Below are positions 56,020 through 64,000 of a stretch of 64,000 bases of DNA, piece after piece (position 1 is the first letter of the stretch; every line of letters begins with the position of its first letter). The position numbers and the translations under genes were made by a program. Source of the DNA: an uncultured Hormoscilla sp. GTDB lineage: Bacteria; Cyanobacteriota; Cyanobacteriia; Cyanobacteriales; Desertifilaceae. Under the pieces are notes generated by a model. That model was given only the letters and a program-made list of their open reading frames with translations. It made no database searches and was not told the DNA's origin. The stretch spans positions 2,560,001 through 2,624,000 of the forward strand of contig OZ001293.3 of NCBI GenBank assembly GCA_963921275.4. Reading direction: 5' to 3'.

Positions 56020-56483
56020 AGACCCTTTACTAACACTGGAACTATTGATTCCTACTAACTTGATGATGTATACTATTATTTTTTGCCTTTTCCTCCTCAT
56101 CGTCCCGTTATTGTGCAACGCCTGCAAATCTAAGATGCACCCTTGTTCTCTGACTCTGGCATGTCCTCAAAGCGGCAGCTTTGCCAACGGGCGATCGCCT
56201 CTCGTGATTAAAAGTATCTTACAGGTTTAAGGATATAGCTCTTTTTTGCCTGGAAGCGGTTCTTGTAGTGATTCTTGGGTTTGGTCTTTGACTCAAGCTA
56301 GGGTCGCTAACTATGATATACTGCACAATGACAAGCTACAGGCTACAAGCTACAGGCTATGCTAATTTTTGCTACATTAGGAGGATGATTATTCTTGCAT
56401 CATCGCTTTTGGTGAATGGCGAATGGTCCAAACCTGTCAGAATGGCGAATGGGACAATTATCAATTAACAATTGCTCAATTCT

Positions 56484-57578
56484 ATGAATCAATCTCCTAT
56501 TGGTGTGGCCGTCGTCGGCACGGGATTCGGTCAAAGAGTCCATATACCCGGATTACAAGCTCATCATCGCACTGAGGTGGTGGCAGTTTATCATCGGGAT
56601 ATAGACAAAGCAAGCTCGATCGCGTCTGCTCACAATATCCCCTACTCTGCTGACACCCTGACAGATATCGTCTCTATACCGGAAGTTGCCGCTGTCAGCA
56701 TCTGTACACCGCCATTCCTCCATTACGAGATGGCAAAGATCGTCCTGGAAGCAGGCAAACATCTGTTACTGGAAAAACCCACCACTCTCTCGGCACAGGA
56801 GGCGAAATCACTATACCATCTCGCACAAGCAAAAGGCGTAGTGGCGGCGATGGACTTTGAATTTCGCTTCGTACCGGCATGGCAGCGGTTCGGTGAAATG
56901 TTAACAGAGGGTTATGTGGGAAACAAGCGTTTGGTGAAAATTGAGTGCCTGGTTGCCAGTCGTGCGGATGGGAATCGCCCTTGGAACTGGTATGCTCAGA
57001 AAGAGAAAGGCGGTGGGATGCTGGGGGCTATGGGTTCCCATGTGTTTGATTACATCCGCTGGTTATTTGGGGATATTCAGCGACTGTCGGCCCGGTTGAT
57101 TACGGGCATTCCCCACAGACCTGACCCGAATGATGGTAAACTCAAACCTGTAGATGCTGATGATACCTGTCTGTTGATGCTGGAATTGGCAGATGGTACG
57201 CCAGTTCAGGTTTGTCTTAGTTCCGTCACCTATCAAGGCAAGGGACATTGGGTAGAAGTGTATGGCGATCGGGGTACGATGGTCCTAGGCAGCAGCAACC
57301 TGAAAGACTACGTACATGGTTTTCAGCTGCTGGCAGCACCGGCGGGGGAGTCTCTCCAGGAAGTAGAAATTCCCCAAGGTCTAGAATTTCCCCAAACCTA
57401 CAGCGACGGACGCATTGCCCCCTTTATTCGGGTAGTAGACGCCTGGGTAGAAAGCATCTCACAGGGAGTTCCCATGACTCCTTCGTTGCGGGAAGGGGTG
57501 TATTCTCAGCTGTTGATGGATTTAATCCATCAATCTCATGCTACTAACAGTTGGGTAGTAGTCCCAGACTTCTTGTAG
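56484..57578 (+). CDS. Gfo/Idh/MocA oxidoreductase
   Basis: VVGTGFG, GKHLLLEKP, GGGMLGAMGSH. Confidence 0.92.
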   Translation: MNQSPIGVAVVGTGFGQRVHIPGLQAHHRTEVVAVYHRDIDKASSIASAHNIPYSADTLTDIVSIPEVAAVSICTPPFLHYEMAKIVLEAGKHLLLEKPTTLSAQEAKSLYHLAQAKGVVAAMDFEFRFVPAWQRFGEMLTEGYVGNKRLVKIECLVASRADGNRPWNWYAQKEKGGGMLGAMGSHVFDYIRWLFGDIQRLSARLITGIPHRPDPNDGKLKPVDADDTCLLMLELADGTPVQVCLSSVTYQGKGHWVEVYGDRGTMVLGSSNLKDYVHGFQLLAAPAGESLQEVEIPQGLEFPQTYSDGRIAPFIRVVDAWVESISQGVPMTPSLREGVYSQLLMDLIHQSHATNSWVVVPDFL

Positions 57579-57639
57579 GGAAGGAGAGAGGCGATCGGGT
57601 TGTTAATTTGTCAAGTTTTATTAATGGACCGATAATGCT

Positions 57640-57742
57640 GTAGTGAAAGACTAAAGTCTTTCACTACGAAGCCTGAAAGACTTTAGTCCTTACTACGAAG
57701 CTTGAAAGACTAAAGTATTTACTACGAAGCTTGAAAGACTAA
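57640..57742. repeat. short palindromic tandem repeats between convergent genes
   Basis: gaaagactaaagtctt.cactacgaagc units x3-4. Confidence 0.8.
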
Positions 57743-57748
57743 TAACTG

Positions 57749-58378
57749 TCAGATTTCGTTCCTTTTTGCTAAAGCATTCACAGCCGCTGCGGCGATCGCA
57801 CTTCCTCCCCGTCGTCCATGGAGGGTGATAAAAGGAACTCCTCGGCTATTAGCTGCCAGTTCGGCTTTCGATTCGGCGGCACCCACAAACCCAACGGGAA
57901 AGCCCAAAATCAAGGCAGGTTTGGCGATTCTGGAATCCAGCAGTTCCAGTAAGTGAAAAAGTGCTGTTGGTGCATTGCCAATTGCGACTACAGCACCATA
58001 CAAATGGGATTTCCAGAATTCTATAGCTGCCGCCGATCGCGTATTTTGTATTTGTCGGGCCATTTCTAGCACTTCTGGATATTTGAGAGTGCAAATCACT
58101 TCATTATTCGCACTTAACCGATCGCGGATAATCCCATTTGCTACCATTTGAGAATCACAAAGAATTGGCGCACCCTTGGTTAAGGCGGCGCGTCCCGCTG
58201 CGACTGCATCGGGTGAAGCGGCTAAATCTTCTATAATATCTGTCATGCCGCAGGCGTGAATCAGCCTTACTGCTACAGGGGCTAAATCGGCAGATAAATT
58301 TTCTAGTTTCGCTTCCGCACGGATAATAGCAAAGGATTTAAGGGTTATGTCATCGCCATTGCGAATATAATCAATCAT
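57749..58378 (-). CDS. cobH: precorrin-8X methylmutase
   Basis: SFAIIRAE, RLIHACG, TRSAAA, IGNAPTAL, PVGFVGAAESK, GRRGGS. Confidence 0.96.
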   Translation of the reverse strand: MIDYIRNGDDITLKSFAIIRAEAKLENLSADLAPVAVRLIHACGMTDIIEDLAASPDAVAAGRAALTKGAPILCDSQMVANGIIRDRLSANNEVICTLKYPEVLEMARQIQNTRSAAAIEFWKSHLYGAVVAIGNAPTALFHLLELLDSRIAKPALILGFPVGFVGAAESKAELAANSRGVPFITLHGRRGGSAIAAAAVNALAKRNEI

Positions 58379-58429
58379 GGTTCAATTGTGAATTGAGAAT
58401 TGCTTTTTGAGATAAAGAAAAAGAGAAAG

Positions 58430-59641
58430 ATGCACAAGTGGCTGTCGATTGTGGGTATTGGCGAAGAGGGATTGCTAGGGGTTAACCCGGTAGGGCGATC
58501 GCTGATTGACCAAGCAGAGGTCTTAATTGGTGGAGAACGTCACTTAGCCATGCTACCCTCAGAGGATATACGGGAAAAACTCCTCTGGACTTCTCCTATT
58601 GCAGATTCGGTGCAGGAAATCATCCGTCGTCGCGGGCAAGCTGTCTGTGTTCTGGCCAGTGGGGATCCAATGTGCTATGGTATTGGAGTCACCCTCACCC
58701 GCCGCATCGCGATCGCCGAAATGACGATCGTGCCGTCTCCCTCAGTCTTCAGTCTAGCCTGTAGTCGTTTGGGTTGGTCCTTAACGGATGTGGAAACCTT
58801 GAGTTTGTGCGGTCGTGACCCGGCTTTATTGAATGGGGTTGTTTATCCAGAGGCGAGATTATTACTGTTGAGTGCCGACGGACGGACCTCTGCAACAGTG
58901 GCTAAACTCTTGACTTCCAAAGGATTTGGTGATAGTAAAATGGTGGTTTTAGAACGGATGGGCGGCCCCAAGGAACGATCAATCTCCGACATTGCTTCAT
59001 CCTGGAATGCCACAGATATAGCTGACTTGAATGCGATCGCGATTACCTGCATTTCCTGTAATCCCTTAATCCCCGCATCTCGCGTTCCCGGACTCCCCGA
59101 TACTGCTTACCACCATGACGGACAGTTGACAAAACGGGAAGTTCGTGCAATGACTCTGTCGGCCCTGGCACCCTCACCAGGACAACTGTTGTGGGATGTG
59201 GGGGCAGGTTGTGGTTCTATTGGGATTGAATGGATGCGGTGCGATCGCCGCTGTCAAGCTGTGACGATCGAACGGCATCCCACGCGCTTACAATATATAG
59301 CAGATAATGCGATCGGCCTCGGAACGCCGGATCTGAAAATCATCCCAGGATCTGCCCCAGAGGCGTTAACAGATTTACCGGAACCAGATGCTATTTTCAT
59401 CGGTGGAGGATTAACTGTTCCAGGGCTATTGGAAACCTGTTGGCAGGCCCTGCCTGTGGTCGGCAGGTTGGTGGCCAATGCTGTCACGGTAGAAGGGGAA
59501 CAAAAACTGTTTGAGTACCAAGGTAAGTGGGGCGGTGAATTAACTCGAATTGCCATCCAACGGGCCGAACCAGTGGGCAAATTCATGGGTTGGAAGACAA
59601 TGGCCCCGGTAACGCAGTGGGTTGTAGTTAAGGGTTGTTAG
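58430..59641 (+). CDS. cobL: precorrin-6Y C5,15-methyltransferase (CbiE/CbiT fusion)
   Basis: IVGIG, LASGDPMCYGIG, GQLTKREVR, WDVGAGCGS, PDAIFIGGG. Confidence 0.95.
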   Translation: MHKWLSIVGIGEEGLLGVNPVGRSLIDQAEVLIGGERHLAMLPSEDIREKLLWTSPIADSVQEIIRRRGQAVCVLASGDPMCYGIGVTLTRRIAIAEMTIVPSPSVFSLACSRLGWSLTDVETLSLCGRDPALLNGVVYPEARLLLLSADGRTSATVAKLLTSKGFGDSKMVVLERMGGPKERSISDIASSWNATDIADLNAIAITCISCNPLIPASRVPGLPDTAYHHDGQLTKREVRAMTLSALAPSPGQLLWDVGAGCGSIGIEWMRCDRRCQAVTIERHPTRLQYIADNAIGLGTPDLKIIPGSAPEALTDLPEPDAIFIGGGLTVPGLLETCWQALPVVGRLVANAVTVEGEQKLFEYQGKWGGELTRIAIQRAEPVGKFMGWKTMAPVTQWVVVKGC

Positions 59642-59922
59642 TTGTTAGTTGTTAGTTGTTAGTTGTTAGTTGTCAGCATTATCCCTTGATAAGTCCTGAC
59701 CAGGGTTTTAACCCACCATATGGGCCAGTCATACCATCAGGCATGTCTATTATCAACGGGAGCATCTCACTTTTTTATTTGCGAATGGGAAATAGCTAAT
59801 TGCGTATACTAAGTGCGCGCAGCGCTATGGAAAATGGCTAATGGACATAAATAAATAAATCTACCTTTCTCAATTCTCAATTCTCAAACTTGAAGGGAAC
59901 ATTACTCAGACAACAATCTAGC

Positions 59923-59975
59923 GCTACGGGCTACGCCGATTGCTGAGCAGAGATCGGCGTAGCCCGCAGTTTTTG
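59923..59975 (+). terminator. GC-rich hairpin followed by a T run
   Basis: cgggctacgccgat-loop-atcggcgtagcccg then cagttttt. Confidence 0.6.
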
Positions 59976-60275
59976 ACTCTTGCTGGTGAGGCAGTTCAGC
60001 TACCAATTCTATGGTCCCGTCCGGATGTATGACTCAACCCGTTGCTTCCACAAAGCATACCTGATCACGGGAAATAAGGAATTAGGGAAAAGAATCAGAC
60101 TCAGAACCTCTCGACGCATTCCTGTCTACAATGGTTCTTTACCCTGCACTTTACTGAAGTACGAATTATATTGATAAAGTGAGTATTGATAACATGAGAG
60201 GATCATAGAGTGAATCCCTTCAGGGATTTGGTAAAGTAGCCCGCAATTTATTCGCGGGCTAGATTTAGATTAGAT

Positions 60276-63200
60276 CTACACGAAGACGAAATTATCTGCT
60301 GTGAGAGCCGTAGCAGTGGATGGGGTCGAGCCGGGAATCGCTTCCCGACCCTCCCTTGAGGAACCGGACTTGCGATTTTCACCGCATCCGGCTACTGGGT
60401 ACTAGGCCCTTTTCATAGGTAGACTTAATAGGAATTACTTCCGTTAGCCCTTGCCGCCTGTCTTTTCTTCCCTTTCCTGGTTTAGCGAGTGGTTGTTCTG
60501 ATAACCGTTAGTATCACCATTTTCAAGTCAGTTTTACCAGTTATCCATACCTTATCCTCCACTTGCGTTTCGGATTAGTTCCGTGGCTTTTTAGGATTAC
60601 TCATTCCAGCAGCTTCCTAGTATCACCGACCCACGTCAGCGCTGGCTACCCAGCATCATCTACATTACTGTAGATGTTATCCCAGGAATTACCCCGGGCA
60701 TTCGCTTCTTGGGCCATCCCTCCCCCCGTGGCTTGCGCTTAACATCTAACTTGTCCTGATGGACAGCACACGAGAGGTTACTTCGTTCCCTAACAACATT
60801 TCGCGATACCTTTAGGTCCACACTATACCCCGGGAGCTATTTGAGTACTATATTAGCCAGAGTCTAAAACTAATACTAGCTACCATTTCCTTTTTAGGCC
60901 AGCGCATATAGCCTTATTTCGCTGGTTCCTTATAACGAGGCTTGCACATGTTTGCCTGCTCTAACCTTGGATATCTTTCCTAGCGGCGTCACCGGCTTAG
61001 GCTGCCAGTTATCCTACATTTGAGTCCTCGCTTAGCACCACGATGATGTCGCTTCGTAGCACCGAGGACCGGTGTCACCCCCGTACCTGGGGGGAGGGGA
61101 ATTTAACCCCCATGCGGTCAGAGTTCCCGGCTAATGAAACCGGGCTAGCGTTCCGTGTTTGACCACGTTAGGCTAGAACGAATCGCACAACCCCAATAAG
61201 GGTTAGAGAGTCATCATCATCGAAAGTGATGACTGTATTAGATCCATTTTGGGTAGTTGCCCCTAAAACCGCTGTTAAATCAGGGAATCAAAAAGCGCTA
61301 ACGTCAATAGCATCCTCAGAGATGTCGAAGTCGGTAATAGCATCCGCACTACCACTATCGGTAGCGACGAAAGTATCTGCTGCTGCTCCCAGACTCACCG
61401 TAACGGCTGTACCGGAGTTTTGGGTGAAACTGTCACTCCCACCTCCAAGTAAAACATCACCGTTGAGAGTACCATTATTGACAACATTGATGCTACCAAG
61501 AGAGCCACTAGCATGAATAGCAGCGTTCCCGTTACCACCTGTAATAGTACCCCCAGCTTCGTTGGTGATGGTGCCGTTAAACGCTACACCTGCCTGAATG
61601 AGGATACCAGCACTTTCCTCAGAAGCAATGGTACCGGAGTTAGTGATGGAACCTGTTACCGTAGCTCCTGCTGTACCGCTGAAGAAGCGAATCCCAGCGG
61701 GAACATTATCAGCACCCCGCCCTCGAATTGAACCCTGGTTTGAGATGACAATATTCTCAGAAGTTGCATCCTCATCAACTTCGCCAATTTCAGCTGAGAT
61801 CCCGCTACCGGAATTCCCGGCTCCTGCATCGATAGTACCACTACTATTGATAGTAATGCCATCTGCTGTGCCATCTAAGTAAATAGTACCATTGCGCTGA
61901 TCTCCTGTTTTCAGAATCTGCCCGGTGTTAATTAGGGTGACGCCATTACCGTCCAAGTTCACTGCACGACTGTCGGAGGATATGGTTCCTGCATTTAATA
62001 TGGTCAAATCATGGTCAGCATTACCAATATAAAGACTATTATTTGGTCCTTCAATCTCACCACTGTTGGTGATCGTGCCATCGAAAGCCACTCCATCTTC
62101 TACCAAAATCCCGCCCACAGTGCCAGTTTCTGCTTCGGTTGAGATGATATTGAAGTTGGTAATATAAGCTGTTACAGTGGCTTCTCCTTCAGCAGCAGTC
62201 AAACCGCTGAAGAAGCGGATCCCAGCGGGAACATTATCAGCACCCCGCCCTCGAATTGAACCCCGGTTTGAGATGACAATATTCTCAGAAGTTGCATCCT
62301 CATCAACTTCGCCAATTTCAGCTGAGATCCCGCTACCGGAATTCCCTGCTCCTGCATCGATGGTACCACTACTATTGATAGTAATGCCATCTGCTGTGCC
62401 ATCTAGGTAAATATTACCATTGCGCTGATCCCCCGTTCCCAGAATCTGCCCACTGTTATTCAGGGTGACATTATCCCCGTCCAAGTTGACTGCACGACTG
62501 TCGGAGGATATGGTTCCTGCATTTAATATGGTCAAATCATGGTCAGCATTAACAATATAAAGACCATTATTTGGTCCTTCAATCTCGCCACCATATCTGT
62601 TAGCGATCGTGCCATCGAAAGCCACTCCATCTTCTACCAAAATCCTGCCCACAGTGCCAGTTTCTGCTTCGGTTGAGATGATATTGAAGTTGGTAATATA
62701 AGCTGTTACAGTGGCTTCTCCTTCAGCAGCAGTCAAACCGCTGAAGAAGCGGATCCCAGCGGGAACATTATCAGCACCCCGCCCTCGAATTGAACCCCGG
62801 TTTGAGATGACAATATTCTCAGAAGTTGCATCCTCATCAACTTCGCCAATTTCAGCTGAGATCCCGCTACCGGAATTCCCTGCTCCTGCATCGATGGTAC
62901 CACTACTATTGATAGTAATGCCATCTGCTGTGCCATCTAGGTAAATAGTACCATTGCGCTGATCTCCTGTTCCCAGAATCTGCCCACTGTTATTCAGGGT
63001 GACATTATCCCCGTCCAAGTTGACTGCACGGCTATCTGAAGATATCTCCCCTGAATTTTTAATCCTGAGATTGTGGCGAGCATTACCAACGTAAATACCA
63101 TTGATATCTCCTTCAATCTCACCCCACAAACGGTTGTTGATAATACCATTGAAAGCGACCCCATCTTGAACCACAATTGCACCGCCAGCGTCTATCTCAG

Positions 63201-63527
63201 CTGAAATGGTGCCATAGTTAAAGATTGAACCAGTTACAGTCGCTTCCCCTTCATCTAAACCATTGGAGAAGCCGATACCATTTCCTGTACCTCGACCTGC
63301 TATAGTGCCATAGTTGGTGATTTCGATTTTCCGAGAATTGGCGTCTTCACTCCCAGAGCCAACTTCTTCGTAAATTCCAGCTCCGGAGTTACCAACACCT
63401 GCATCGATGATTCCGGAACTTAGATTTTCGATAGCGACGTTATCGGCGGCACCTGTTATCGTAACCACCGCAGTAGCTTCACCTTCCAGTCCCAGATTTT
63501 CATCATTAGTGAAAATCTGATTATCAT
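60276..63527 (-). pseudogene. Gly/Asn-rich repeat (beta-helix/RTX-like) secreted protein with T1SS-type C-terminus; in-frame TGA at 61288, intron, lost N-terminus
   Basis: N.G.I repeats with a 534-bp tandem period; the frame continues past TGA as FPDLTAV...SLTLIGV|TATALTADNFVFV*. Confidence 0.82.
60318..61188 (-). mobile_element. ORF-less group II intron, type A copy 4 (871 nt)
   Basis: Same sequence; 5' flank CCTTATTGGGGTT matches EBS2/EBS1. Confidence 0.95.
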
Positions 63528-63624
63528 CCACGCTGCGCGATCGGGGGAGTTCGATGCCATGGCTGCGCCACGCTGCGCGATCGGGGGAGTTCGATGCCAT
63601 GGCTGCGCCACGCTGCGCGATCGG
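63528..63624. repeat. 41-bp tandem repeat of the small HIP1-associated element
   Basis: ccacgctgcgcgatcgggggagttcgatgccatggctgcg x2.4. Confidence 0.85.
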
Positions 63625-63780
63625 GGGAGTTCGAGATTGCTTCGTACCTCGCAATGCTGCGCGGTTCGGAGTTCGGAGTTCGGATACTTCTGATGAAATC
63701 ATGCAGGCTCACATCTGCGCGAATGCGCTGCGCGTCCCGTAAGGGATACGCAACGACAGGAACGGCGATCGCGCCCTAAA

Positions 63781-64000
63781 TCAATCGAGAGAGTCTGGGT
63801 CGATATTCAGCTCGCGCAGTTTTTCTGCTAGCCGTTCGGCTCGTTGCTCGGCTTCTTGAAGTCGCTGTTGAGCTGCCGCTGCTTCCTCATCAGGAGTCAA
63901 AATCAATTCACCCTCCGATGTAAACCACCGCAACCACAGACGATTAACACCTTTATAACTTCCCCGCCACAAGCCTAAACTTAACTCCAGCCTTTTAATC
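63781..64000 (-). CDS. Uma2/DUF820-type protein C-terminus (partial)
   Basis: LWRGSYKG..RLWLRWF...AERLAEKLRELNIDPD. Confidence 0.85.
   Translation of the reverse strand, partial: IKRLELSLGLWRGSYKGVNRLWLRWFTSEGELILTPDEEAAAAQQRLQEAEQRAERLAEKLRELNIDPDSLD

Noticed and set aside
59630..59675. Heptamer runs (gttgtta; also tgacaat at ~2274-2308)
   Set aside because: Ordinary short tandem repeats common in filamentous cyanobacteria.
57600..60250. Cobalamin riboswitch near cobH/cobL
   Set aside because: No B12-box consensus was recognised, and the divergent spacer is only ~50 nt.

Overview
Cyanobacterial chromosome segment. HIP1 (GCGATCGC) is very frequent and a Ni-SOD is present, so the organism is probably a marine filamentous lineage (inference). 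1-6.3 kb is the distal ribosomal/alpha operon (rpsM-rpsK-rpoA-rplQ-truA-rplM-rpsI-rpmE-prfA). 6-33 kb mixes intact housekeeping genes (hflX, grxC, gshB, murD, Hsp70-like, sodN/sodX) with many decayed accessory genes, IS1/IS630/IS5 elements, MITEs and tiny HIP1-associated insertions. 33-53 kb is an expanded, partly decayed mycosporine-like amino acid (MAA) cluster: divergent mysA, a deletion-fused mysB/mysC, two mysD paralogues, a beta-hydroxyacid dehydrogenase, a methyltransferase, a TauD dioxygenase, two Na+/proline-type symporters and two EamA transporters. The most striking signal is five ORF-less group II introns between 35 and 61 kb. Four are near-identical 871-nt copies: two sit at the same codon of both mysD paralogues, one is intergenic and one is in a T1SS-type C-terminal signal. 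The fifth is a 793-nt sister intron with a different EBS1, inserted antisense in a symporter gene. Reading-frame restoration in unrelated host genes places the 3' end of the 871-nt family at ...GACCCCATCC, a non-canonical CC terminus rather than AY. No reverse transcriptase is encoded in the window. The window ends with cobH/cbiET, a decayed repeat-rich secreted protein and a Uma2 fragment. All family assignments come from motif recognition by eye; no searches were run.
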